A DNA stretch of 64,000 bases from positions 76,076,001 to 76,140,000 of the forward strand of contig CM052816.1 of assembly GCA_028534125.1 (NCBI GenBank), in the 5' to 3' direction. The DNA comes from Lama glama. Taxonomy: Eukaryota. The notes below the pieces were generated by a model. That model was not told the origin of the DNA, did no database searches, and saw only the letters and a program-made list of their open reading frames with translations. The position numbers and the translations under genes are program-made. This document shows, in pieces, positions 12,122-24,203 of this stretch. Each line of letters starts with the position of its first letter. The stretch's first letter is position 1.

Positions 12122-13110
12122 CTTAAATCCACTCTCCTGATTTCCTTGACATTTTCTATTCAGATGCAATCATCTTGCTCAAGATTGCTGTGGTGGATGT
12201 TTTAACATCTGTCTTCTTCAATCTCTTTTCTCTAACATTGGCTTCTTCACTATTAACTCTAGTCTCTTTCCAGTGTATAGGTAAGGTTATGTTACTTTCA
12301 TCCTGAAAACCATTCAGTTTCCCCTAATGTCTCTAAAATAAATTACCTATATAATAAACTCTTTCATGTGATGTCAAAGTCATTGATGATCAAGCCATGA
12401 CACACTTTCCATTTAATCCCTCCACAAATCTGTATTCTTTGCTGATGGTAATTCATTTATCTGGAGCAACCTATTCATTTTTAAGATTCATCAGAAGCAT
12501 TTGTAACCCAGGTATTAAATGGGGCTAACTTGTACCAGTGTGACGTGCCTTCTCCACCTCTAAGCATTGAAGATGTCATTAATTTTGAGAATTCTACCTC
12601 ACTAGATACACATTACAAAAGGATATCAAAATCAAGTATGAGAAAATGTAAGTCACATATAATCCAAGTACCTCAAAATGACTGTAGATAATACTTGACA
12701 TTTATCTTTATGGTAATAAATATCAATGCCCTTGTCTATGTCTATGTTTATCTTTATCTATTTATATCCATCTATACACATACACACAACACACACACAC
12801 TACAATCCCCTCCCCAACCCTACCCCCAAATGCATGGAGATCATGCAATGCTGTTTTGTCAGTTGATGAATATTTTCTAAGGCAAAAATAGAATCCCAGA
12901 GAGAGACAAGTATTATACTGAATTTTACAAATGTATTTAAAACTTCATAAATATTAAATGCAAATGGATTAAACACACAACAGAGGGTGGCTTTATAACA
13001 AACAGTATGTGCAGAAAAGACTGAAAGACTGCTTCATTGGAAGCAGTGTATATTCAAAAGTATAAAAATTTTAAGTGACTACCAAGTGACTTCATGGTAG
13101 TATGACCATT

Positions 13111-14178
13111 ATAACCTGCAACTTTACCGAATTCATTGATGAGTTCTAATAGTTTTCTGGTAAAGTCTTTAGAATTTTCTGTGTATAGTGTCATGTCATC
13201 TGCAAACAGTGATGGTTTTACTTCTTCTTTTCCAATTTGGATTCCATTTATTTGTTTTTCTTCTATGATTTCTGTGGCTAGAATTTCCAAAGCCATGTTA
13301 AATGAAAGTGGCGAGTGGCCTCCTTGCCTTGTTCCTGATCTTAGAGGAAATCTTTTCAGCTTTTCACTATTAACAATGATGTTAGCTATGAGCTTGTCAT
13401 ATATAGCCTTTATTCTGTTGAGGTATGTTCCCTCTATGCCCACTTTCTGGAGAGTTTTTTTTGTCATAAATGGATGCTGAATTTTATCAGAAGGTTTTCT
13501 GCATCTATTGAGGTGATTGTATGGTTTTTATTCTTCAATTTGTTAATGTGGAGTATCACACTGATTGATTTGTGGATATTGAAAAATCCTTGCATCCCTA
13601 GGATAAATCCCATTTGATCATGGTGCATGATCTTTTTAATGCATTGTAGGAGTTGGTTTGCTAGTATTTTATTGAGGGTTTTTGCATCTGTGTTCATCAG
13701 TGATACTGGCCTGTGGTTTTCTCTTTTTGTGATATCTTTGTCTGGTTTTGATATCAGGGTGATAGTAGTCTCATAGAATGAATTAAAGGAAAATATCATA
13801 TGATATCACTTTTATGTGGAATCTAAAAAAATGAATACAAATGAACTTATTTACAAACCAGAAATAGACTCATATAGAAAACAAACTATGGTTACCAAAG
13901 GGGAAAGGGACAAGAAGGGATACATTAGAAGTTTGGGATTAACATATACACACTACTATATACAAAATAAATGAACAACAAGGACCTACTCTATAGCACA
14001 GGTAACTGTACTGAATATCTTGTAATAACCTAAAATGGAAAAGAATCTGAAAAAGAATATATAAATATGTATGTATAAATGAATCGCTTTGCTGTACACC
14101 TGAAACTAACACAACATTGTAAATCAACTATACTTCAGTTGAAAAATAAATTGCACATATTTAAAGCGTAAAAAAAAG
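13111..14178. mobile_element. L1 with inverted ORF2 RT segment joined to a sense 3' end
   Basis: 13111-~13787 minus encodes RT motifs ([18 protein letters not shown]). ~13788-14150 is a plus-strand L1 3'UTR ending in an A-rich tail. Confidence 0.88.
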
Positions 14179-14184
14179 TCAGCA

Positions 14185-14470
14185 GGATTTAGCATTACTG
14201 GAAATATAGTATCTTGTAAAGAGGACAGTTTGTCCCACTCTAATCTGCTTTGTCAAAACATACATACAATGATGTACTTAATTCTGGACCCCAGCACTTC
14301 AAGAAATATGAACCAAATTGGACTGCATTCATAGGCGAGTGATCAGATTGGTGGAGATAAAAATAGGTGAAGGAACCACTCAGGGAAGAGAATACTCAGG
14401 GGGACATTTCTAATTTCTGAGAGATTGTCATGTAAAAGAGACATTGGGCTTGCTCTGTATGTCCTCAAAA
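14185..14470 (+). mobile_element. CR1/L3 LINE remnant
   Basis: Degenerate L3 motifs ttctggaccccagcacttcaagaaatatgaaccaaattgga and gaagagaatactcaggggggacat. Confidence 0.55.
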
Positions 14471-14655
14471 AATAGAAATTGAACAAATATGTGAAAAATG
14501 CAGGATCTCAGCTTTCTGGTCTAATACAAAGAATGTACTCATTAAAATGCTGTCACACAACTTAATATTAATACAGTGACTCTCACATTTTGCTTTATAT
14601 TGAATACCAAAACCAAATGTCACATTTCTTCCTCTTACATCTTGAAGATACAATA

Positions 14656-14975
14656 TAGTAGTCCCCCCTTGTCCTTAGTTTGTCTTCTTTGGTTTCAGTT
14701 ACCTAGTCAGCTGTGGTCCAAAAATATTAAATGGAAAATTCCAGAAATAAACTAAGTTTTAAATTGCACATCAACCCGAGTAGCAAGATGAAATCTTGTA
14801 CAATCCCACTCCGTCCTGCCCAGGACATAAATCATTCCTTTGTCTAGCTTGTCCATGTTACTCACCTGATCGTATAGGAAAAAACACAGTACGTATAGGG
14901 TTTGGTACACTCTATGGATTCAGGCATCCACTGGGGGTCTTGGAACATATCCCCTTGGATAAGGGAGAACTACTG
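14656..14975 (+). mobile_element. MER44 (TcMar-Tigger7-derived MITE)
   Basis: TIRs tagtagtccccccttgtcc / ggataagggagaactactg, flanking TA dinucleotides, and a typical internal aaatggaaaattccagaaataaac. Confidence 0.88.
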
Positions 14976-15009
14976 TATTTCAAAATGTTGTTTTATGTAT
15001 TTATTGATT

Positions 15010-17230
15010 TTTAAATGAATATCTGAAAGTTACATACAGTTTTTCAAAATGATTGTACCAATTTACACTCTCACATTCTATAAAAGCGACATTTCTGTTT
15101 CTCCTTGTCATTGCCAAAGTTTGATGTTGATAGTCTTTTTGTTTTTAATCATTTAGGAAGATATGTCCTGGTATCTGAAAGTGGTTACTATTTGCATTTC
15201 TTTGAGTATATTTTCATATATTTATTACCCATTTGGATTTCTCTTATTTTGAAAGGCTCATTGAAATCACTTCCCCATTTTTCTTAATGACTTTATTTTT
15301 CTTACTGAAATAGTTCTTTGTATATTCTGGCTACAAGACCTTTGTCACTTATTGAATTGAAATATCACTTCCCACTCTGTAGTTTGCCTTTTTAATCTCT
15401 TCATGCTGCTTTTCCAGGAACAGAAGTTCTAAAATTTAATGTAGTTGTATTACCAATCGTCTCCTTTAGGAACGGTGCTGTATCCTATTTCAGAAATACT
15501 TGTCTATTCCAAAGTCACAAAGATATTTTCTTATAGTGATTTTTAGAAGCTTTATTCACATGTACAACTTTCCATATTTATTCGACTTAAAGCTGATTTT
15601 TGTGTATGGTGTGAGAAAGGGGTCAAAGTTTAATTTTTTCTCAATGAATATTCAATTTACCTAGTTATTGAAAAGATGGCCTTTCCCCTAATACTCTGAA
15701 AGATATCTTTATTATAAATCAAGTATCAAAAATGTGTGACTGCTATTTGTGGATATTGTATTCTGTTTCCTAAGACTTATTACCTGGCTTTGGGCCAAGA
15801 GCACACAGTCTTAATGACTGTAGCTTTATAATTAGACTGATATCTGGTAGACCAAGCCACCCACCTTAGTCTTCTTCAAGAATGACTGGGCTATTTTTGG
15901 TTACTGCATTTCCATATAAACTTTAGAATCTGCTTGTCAGGTTTTGTGGAAAAGAACTGTTTGAAATTTGATTAACATTGCAATGAACCTATAAATTCAA
16001 TTAAAATAATCAATACTTTTGAATTTTGAGTAATTCTATTCATAAAATAATGCATATCTCTGTTTATTTGATGTCTTTAACTATTTTATAGTTTTCTGAT
16101 TAGAAATCTAGTAAGGAGAGATTTAAAGCAGACTTCCCTCTGACTACCGACTTGGTCTATTCTTATAGACGTGATAACTACATCTCCAGACAAACAGAGC
16201 AATGGCAATTGCCAGGAGAAGAGTCCTTATCTGTGGAATGATTTGAGCAGGATGTCTCTGGCTTAGGATTGCTTCTTATAAACAAACTTATAATTTATGG
16301 ATTTATGAGGCATGGCTGCTAAGAGAATGTCACCTAAGCTATAAAACTCCCCAGGTTATAAAATGAGATGCTTCATGACTTAAAATGTCCCTACTGGATG
16401 AGATGACCTACAGATCTCATTAGAGATCTCAAGCTATTATTTATGACAGGGGAACTCTTATCTGATGTGGGAAGGAAGGACTTAGGGAGCTACATAGACT
16501 ATTTCAGACCTCTTTGAGTTTTGCTGGTGCCTCTTGATTGTTTGTATGCTTGACATTTTTAATAAAGCTTAATAGAGGGAAAAATTTCTGATTTATATGA
16601 GTTTGATTTGGCAATTACATGCTTAGTATTTGGTCAAGGATTTACACCTATTTTGTTAAACATATTACCTGGTACATAATAATTTCATGCTATTTTTAAA
16701 TTATTATTTTGTGTTTGTTGCTGGTATGTAGTATTATAGTTGACTTGCTTTGTATCTATTGGCCTTCAAAGTTTTGATTATTAATTGATAAGATTATAAG
16801 ATTTACTGTATATTTTTCGATTTATCTACATATACAACCATGCTATCTTTGGATTTTGACAGTTTTATTTATTTATGCCTTTCGTTAATTAATGTTCGTT
16901 TCATTTTTGCCTTTCGTTAATTAATATTCGTTTCATTTTTGCACTAATTATAAACTCCAGTACATCATTATGAACTCCCAAATTTTAGAAGAAAAGCATT
17001 TAAATTAGTATTTCATCACTAATTATGACGTTAGCTTTAGATTTTTTTGCAACACTTTGTACCAGATTAATAAACTTCTCTATTTCTTGTTTGCTAATAG
17101 TTTAATTTTTAAAAAAATCATTAGTGGATGTAAAATTTTATCAATTTTTTTTCTGTAACTAGTGCAATAATTTTCCTTCTTTACTACATTGTTGATATTT
17201 GGATATTGATATGAAACTTAATTTGATTAT
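15010..17230 (-). mobile_element. ancient L1M ORF2 remnant, interrupted at ~16110-16620
   Basis: Degenerate antisense L1 motifs (gattgtaccaatttacactc, gatttttgtgtatggtgtgag, tgcatttccatataaactttagaatc). Confidence 0.75.
16111..16619 (+). mobile_element. probable ancient solo LTR inserted in L1M
   Basis: A ~510-bp non-L1 block interrupting the L1M, with AATAAA at 16561 and a 3' end ...attaca. Family not identified. Confidence 0.4.
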
Positions 17231-17314
17231 TTTAAAAATCTTTAATGGCAGTATAATTTCATCTGGAAAAGAATAGCATTACAAGAAGTAGAAGACCAGT
17301 AAAGTTCCAGAAAT

Positions 17315-17460
17315 GTCTTCTTCTTCTTCTTCTTCTTCTTCTTCTTCTTCTTCTTCTTCTCCTTCTTCTTCTTTCTTCTTTCTTCTTTCTTCTTTCTTCT
17401 TTCTTCTTTCTTCTTTCTTCTTCTTCTTCTCTTTCTTCTTTCTTCTTCTTTCTTCTTCCT
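17315..17460. repeat. (TTC)n/(TTTC)n polypyrimidine microsatellite
   Basis: Directly visible. Confidence 0.97.
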
Positions 17461-18647
17461 ATTGCCACTATAACTATGACAGTAAAGCAGACCTTACAAA
17501 TTTTGAATGGAAGCTGGGAAAGAAATAGAGGTAGCAGAATAGAACCTTCTTATCTTCTGCTGTTTCTGTCTTCACTAGCAGCAGTCTCTGGTTGACCATA
17601 AAGAACAACCTTTGTTTTTCATCTGAAACTTCTAAAGTACAAGTAATCCTTTAGTCACAGTAATAATCTCAACTAATTTTTCATAAAATGAAGTGAGCAA
17701 GTTTTCAAATAAATACTATACCAAACAGTCCCTCAAGGGTCAGAGATTTCCACAGAGAAATACGTTACAGGAGTGTGGGTGAAAGTGGGAACTGCTTAAT
17801 TCTGTACTACATGACTTCACTTTGGAAGATTTTTACTGTTTGCATTAAAGGCGTGGTATCTTCAGGACGGGGATTATTAACTGCCCACAATTATGGATGT
17901 GGAAATGAAAGCTGGGAAAGGTCAAGGGACTGGCAGTGGTCACAAATATCATCAGTGTGGTGGGGTCATCACTGGAACTCATGACTCTGACCCCCTTCAC
18001 ACTGTGCCAGATCGCAACCCAAAATAGGAAGCCCTGAAATCCACAGGATAGGGGATTTCCTACTAGATGTCTTCATGTAGAAAAGCACAATGAAAACGAA
18101 TATTCTATAAGAACTTTGGGAGAAAGGCAGAATTTTTTAAGGGTCTCATATTCCCATTGCCTTTAGAATGGCACCAGTCAGGCTCCACCTAGCAGTGTGA
18201 GATGCTTTGTTTCCCAGCATGTCTAGACAATCACATTATCAAGGTCCTGACAGATTTCCTCATTTTATCCCTGAATGGAGATTAAATTTCTCTCATTTTG
18301 TCTCCTCCGGTTGGGGAATAATGACACTCCCAAAGATATTGAGATTCTCAGCCACCAATAAACCATTTGACCCTTCCACAGAGGGACTCCTGTGTTAGAA
18401 AAAAATCTTGGGGAACTTCTGAAGTTGGTTCTCTGTTCTTTGCTGTGATTGCCCATGGTCATTCCTGGTAGTTGTGACTGTCCACTGAGTCAGTAGGGCA
18501 TCCTGTCGGGAGTGCTGGAGGGCCTTCATGCCATCAGTGCTCATGTCACCCAAGGGCTTGGGTTCTCTGTCTCTCATCTCTGGGAATCTCTTCTCCCAGT
18601 CAAGATTTTGGGTGGATCTAGAGTTCAGAAAAACTGATATTCCCCTC

Positions 18648-19042
18648 TGTTGTGGGCTGAATTCTGCCTCCCCCTAAATCGATATGTTGAAGTCCTAACG
18701 CCCAGTGCCTCAGAATGTAACTGTATATGGAGATGGGGCTGTCAAGAGACGATTAGATTAAAATGAGTCTCTTAGTGTGGTTCCTAATCCAATCCGACTG
18801 ATACCCTTATAAGGAGAGGAAATTTGGACACAGGGAGACAGCAGAGGTGTGCACACACAGGAAAGACCATATGAGGGTACAGCAAGAAGGCCAGCCAAGG
18901 AGAGAGGCCTCAGAGGAACTCAAACCTGCTGACGCCTTGATCTTGGCCTTCTAGCCTTCAGAACTGTGAGAAAATAAGTTTCTATTATTTAAGCCACCCA
19001 GACGGTGGTACTTTGTTACGGCAGCTCTAGTCGACAAATACA
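18648..19042 (+). mobile_element. MaLR solo LTR (MLT1A/B-like)
   Basis: tgttgtgggctgaatt...atatgttgaagtcctaac...tttaagccacccag...aaataca. TSD-like CCCTC/CACTC. Confidence 0.9.
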
Positions 19043-19485
19043 CACTCTGATCTCGTTCCCTGTGTACTTCACTCTGTTACTTCATCAGTTTCTCCCTACC
19101 TCCACCCATCTTCCTGACTCCTTCCTTCCCTCCCTTCCTTCCAGCCATGCACCTACTTTGTGCCAACCCTCTCCTAGGAATTAGAGCAGTGTCTGTTTAT
19201 TCTTGATGCCTGCCTGCCTGCCTGCCACACTTCTAGAAGCTACATTGCCACTGTGTCCCCCAGTGTGCTGTGGTCAGACTCACACTGGGGAATACTGCCA
19301 CTGGCTGTTGCTTCTTCCTTATGTGAAATCTCTGGTCTTGTCTCTCACCTGCTGGAGGAGGGAGGTTAGGTTCTTTGATTTCTTCCTGCCTATTGCAGAG
19401 GGCAAAATCCACCCCAAGTATATTAATGGAAGAGGTACGTAAAATGAAGAACTTCTCTTTCCCACTGTTGGGATTTTACTCCTAC

Positions 19486-19576
19486 CTTCTTTCTCAAATG
19501 TGTAACTGGAAAAAGCTGGCCGCACATCTGTCCAAGTCCAAAATAAACTACTGTAAGCCACCTATTTCTAAGAGAC
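19486..19576 (-). other. candidate internal exon of an unrecognised minus-strand transcript
   Basis: Acceptor ttttccctccacctcccagcctcattcag|G and donor AAG|gtagga, 91 nt, in unique sequence. Confidence 0.35.
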
Positions 19577-20372
19577 CTGAATGAGGCTGGGAGGTGGAGG
19601 GAAAATGACCATCACCCTACTGTCACTACTCAGTGGACAATTTTCACTACCTGCCTATAACCTCTAAATCAGTCAGTTCTCTGAACACCTGAAAAAATAT
19701 CTCATTCCTATGACTCTCACCAGTAACCTAGGCCACCCTCAGTCTTGCAGGGGCCATTAAATCATGACTTCCTGCAGCTCTCTTGGAATCCTAGTGCAGA
19801 AGAGGAGCCACCAAGCCCTCAGTTAGTTCTGGGTGATGAATTTCACACTTTGCAATATTATCTAAATACTTAATTAACCTCTGTTTCTTTCCATTAGAAG
19901 TTTACCTTAAGCCTCAGGGTTCTTAACATGCGTTTTATACAGTAACTTCAGGAGTCCACAGCCCTCAGATTTGTGTGCAGTAGTGCATGTGAAGGCCGAT
20001 TTTTTTCCAGAAGATTCAGATTTTCAGAGGGGTTCAGAGGCTACCAAAACACCATGAATTGTTGATTTTTAATACTTACATAGATTTGACTTAAGCAGAT
20101 TACTCTGTACCTATTTCTGTCCTGCTAAAGTCATGCGTGATCCACAGTCTAATTTCACGAAGCTAATCTTGATAGAAATGCATCTGGAGCTGACACATTC
20201 GAGTTTGGTATTTTGGTATTACCACATATGTTTCAAATCATTAACAGAACAAAGACTATAAATATTTCTTTTGGTGTGTGTTATTTTTAAATGGTTCCCA
20301 TGGATTGCCAAATGATCCTTTGATGAATTTTAGTTTTATTAAAAAAAAAAAAAAAAGACAGTGTTTGCTTAC

Positions 20373-20466
20373 CAGTTGTCCTTTGATATAACTCCAGGCC
20401 TGTTATTCCAGGATGAAGAGTTTGTCCGAAAGAGTCATTCTGGGTGCGGCTGACTCATTTTTTATA
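20373..20466 (-). promoter_or_regulatory. candidate TATA promoter and 63-nt first exon
   Basis: Minus strand: TATAAAAAA (20466-20458), TGAGTCAGC (AP-1/ARE-like), an Inr-like tgActct 31 nt after the TATA (~20435), then the strong donor CTG|GTAAGC at 20373. Confidence 0.45.
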
Positions 20467-22809
20467 AGAATTTTTAGGGTATTTTCCAATTTTCAACTTT
20501 CTGTTTGGTTTTTTGATCATTCTCCACTTATATAGCAACTGACTGATTAGATTTTGTAAGGTTGTTTTTAAAAAGGGATGTGTATTTGTTAATTTCTTGT
20601 TTTCTCATGTATATTATCAACTACAGACTTCAAATTATTTTTGAACCAAACCAAATACTGACTTCACAGCTCTGTAAATTATTTTGTTTTCCCATAATGG
20701 TTCTGAGCACATGCAGCTTGTTTAAATAAACTTAGCCACAGTAATTTAGGTGAAGCAGGTAGCATTGAGAAAATTCCAGATGGTGGTTAGGACTTTGAGT
20801 GTCTTTCATCAAAAAAGATTCTTCAAACTTTGTTAGGGATAGCTTCAAATGGAACCCCAGATTATTTAACCAAAGTTTGGATCATAAACACTAGTGTCAT
20901 TTATGGTTCTATGGTAACTTCTCTTTTGTTTTTTGTGTTTTATTTTTGTTTGATTACATTAATATTGTTATAATAAATTATGTGATGAATGTAAAAGAGA
21001 CCAGAGTATAATTTCAACTTTAGTCATCCTTCAAATTCAGTCTTTTTAAAGAACTATCTCCATTACTTACATAAAAGAGGAAGAAATAGGGATGGATAAG
21101 GCAAGTAGAGAGGGAAATTTAGTGTGGTTGTTGTTCAGTGGGTTTTCTTCATTAGTCCTTACTCTTTTCCAGTCTACAAGGATCTAATAGTTGAGGCATT
21201 GAGCAATCTCTTAAGGGAGGAGCTCAGAAGGAATTGTTAATGGGATGACCCTTCTTCTTGCCCTGATCTGGAACTAATCTCCTCTCCAGAGTGTTAAAAT
21301 AAGCAACCCCAGAGAGTATGCTTAAATAGTCAATTGTTCTCTGTTAAGACCTATAAGAAGGGTAAAAGTGTTATTTGAGTGGAACGTCTTCTTTATCTAA
21401 CTGTGCTTATGAATGGGAAGTGGATCAGGAAGAGAGGCTCGGATGAGGACTGTGGAGGAGACATGTTGCTGGATGCTCTCCATTTGACCAAAAACAGCAG
21501 AGCCACAGGTTTAAAGCATGCCACACAGTCTTTTCTGCTCGGCCAACCATCCCTTTCATAAGAATAGCATTAGGACTTCCTATTTCTTCACTTAAATAGA
21601 ATCCAGGTAAACTCACTCCATCTCTTTGGTTTTCTCTACTACCTGCCTATCTCTCACCTTTACCTAGTCTTTTTTTCAGCCCTTAATTCTGACTCCAAAG
21701 TCTTACCAATTTCTCCTCCTCATTGTTCTGGATTTTCCCTTTTTACAGCATTCATCACTTACTGGGAAAGTCTCGTAAAAGACTTCGGGGGACATTTGAG
21801 AGTTGGGCGGTAAGAATCCCAACAGAGTGAGATGATGTCTTTCAGTGTTCTCCCCACTACGTGATGACAGATGAAAACCATCCCACTAAATGTGCAGCCC
21901 TAATGCAGACCAAGTAGAACAATAGCTGCTGTACAGCTGCTGGCACCATGAACAGTGCCCGAGCTGGGCCAGTTCAGTTGGCTTTTAGAGTCACTTGACC
22001 TGTGTTTATGAGGTCTTCTATCTTAACAAAAGGAAGCAGAGAGGGATTCTAATTTTCTGTCTTGTGCTTACAGAGATTTTGTTTTCTAATGTTAAAAAAA
22101 GACTCTTTGAAAGTTCCCATGGAAAGACTGTCTGATCTGAACGCTTGTTTGATGCTTAGGGCTATGAAAAAAATGAGAAGGCATAAATTTTAGATAAGAT
22201 ATTTGAATATTTGTCAAAGGTGGCAGATCTAAGGTGGGAATAAACAGCTGTTGGCATAATTTAGGAGGAACTGGTAAAATTACACATGTTCATGAAAAGT
22301 CACTGAACATAATAACTTGTGCCATGATAACTTGGTCCTCAGGGTTCTGGATGCAAAGGAATGTTTAGAGGCTGAAAGATGAGAAAGCTTCAGTCCAAAC
22401 CTACTTTATAGTTTTTTAAAAAGCTGACTGATAATGAAAGAAAATGGCTGTTTCTCTGTAGGGTTTGAGATGATGGTAGGGCTTAGATGACTCATTTCAA
22501 AGGTACAATGATCAGTTTCCACATGGTTTATCTTACTTCCTGGAAGGGTTATATTTTTGTACAAGAAAGTAGGTGAGTATTTAGAGATGTGTGCTACAAA
22601 CCCAAACAAGGAAGGAAGCAAAGATGCTTACTGTAGGTTTCACAGATTTGAAATTGGAATCCACATCAAAGGGGCTGAAAAGAAAAATTAATCAAGATAG
22701 CTAAGCCTGGTGGGCAGCAGCAGTGCCAGCAAGCATCAGAAAATGAGGAACAATTCCAAGTGATATTCTGGTGGGGGAAGAAGTCACTTCAGTGGGAGTC
22801 AAACAGAAG

Positions 22810-23010
22810 AGCCTGGGTGTACTGTTAGATAGACTGGAAGTGAAACCTGATTCCCCCTTCTAACTGTGTGCATTTGAGCAGGCTGCTTAACCTCCATGAA
22901 TCAGTTTCATTCTCTGGAAGCCTGGAGTCACCATCTACCTCTTAGAGTTGGGGAATGAAGTGAAATGCCGTGTAAAAAGGGAATGCCACTCATTCTCAGT
23001 AAAGAGCTGT
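22810..23010 (+). mobile_element. MIR SINE
   Basis: ctaactgtgtgcatttgagcaggctgcttaacctcc..tcagtttc MIR core. Confidence 0.6.
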
Positions 23011-23369
23011 CATTAGTATCATTGGCAGTAAGACTCTGCCTTTAGGCAGACAGATCAAAATTGAGAAATAATTAAAAATTCTTACCTAGGTTAGCAAGGG
23101 ACTAACTCCTAAGATTAGCTTTGCTAATTCCAGTTTGTTCTCCTTGCCTTCTTGCTGCTGGGAGAGATGCGCCAGCAGCAGAGATGATGCCAGTGTCAAG
23201 TGTTTAGGCACAGAGAGTTCCTGGTAAGGGCCCAGGGCTTAAAAATCTGGAAGACATTTCCAGAAAAATCTGAAAGACATTTCGCCATCTCTCCAGGATC
23301 CCTTGGGCCTAGGATTCTCTCCCCCTTTACATGCATTCATGAAGTCCGAAATACGGTCTGATTTCTGAT

Positions 23370-23885
23370 AGACAGGAAATTCTGTCATGTGATTTGTTTA
23401 ATTTGAAGCAGCAGAATACTGAAGAACTAGATTTTGGGCCATGCACTATTCAGTGTGAGTGAGTCACATGTGACAGGGCAACGATAATATGTGACTTTCC
23501 GTTTGTATCTATAGTGACTTCCTGTGCGTTAGCAAGGTTTTTGGAACCAGAATATTTAAGTGGCACTTTCTAAAGTTCCTTGTATCTTAGACATGAATTA
23601 GATTGTGACTTCTTATACTCCTGAATATTCAGACTACTTAAAATTAATTTGTGCCAAGTGTTACTGACTCATTGCAAACAGGACATAACGATTTGCACGA
23701 TGAGATTTTACTGCCTGGCTCACGTGACTTTAATGTGTGGAGTAAGATTTCCAAGACTAGAGTTTTGGCATGTGTGAGAAGATGAAGCTTTCATTTTAGG
23801 TGCCCCCTCTCCAAGAATGAGGGAAATGGTTAGTACTCTGCCAGATGTTTTGTTACCACACGGACATCACGTTTCCAGAACGGTT
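23370..23885. promoter_or_regulatory. candidate enhancer (AP-1, MiT/TFE-USF E-box, ETS, C/EBP cluster)
   Basis: TGAGTCA 23460, TGACTCA 23665, TCATGTGA 23385, GTCACATGTGAC 23463, TCACGTGAC 23720, ACTTCCTG 23517. CpGs are locally retained. Confidence 0.5.
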
Positions 23886-24203
23886 CTTCCTCAGGCTAAC
23901 AGCATTGCATCTGATTAGTTGTACTTAGAGCCTTTTCAGCTTGTAATTTCCCTTTGACCAAATCATTACTGACCTCGAAAAGAGTTGAACTTCCTCAGTC
24001 TCATGTGGAAAACAGAAGCATGCCGACTAAGAGGCAGGACATAGAGCTATCTTTTCTACTAGTTTAAGTTTCAGTCTCTGCTGGCACCAGGGCCTCAGCT
24101 ACAGTCTAAGACACCTCGGCCTTCCTGGATGAATGTGCGGAGGTCAGGGAAGCTGCTGTTGGTGCCCCTGACTTCTTTCTCACTTCCTTCCCTTCTTTGT
24201 TTC

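Noticed and set aside
13054..13799. Reverse-transcriptase-like ORFs
   Set aside because: These are frameshifted fragments of L1 ORF2, not a host or novel RT gene.
17259..17528. Poly-Arg/poly-Ser ORFs
   Set aside because: Artefacts of the (TTC)n microsatellite.
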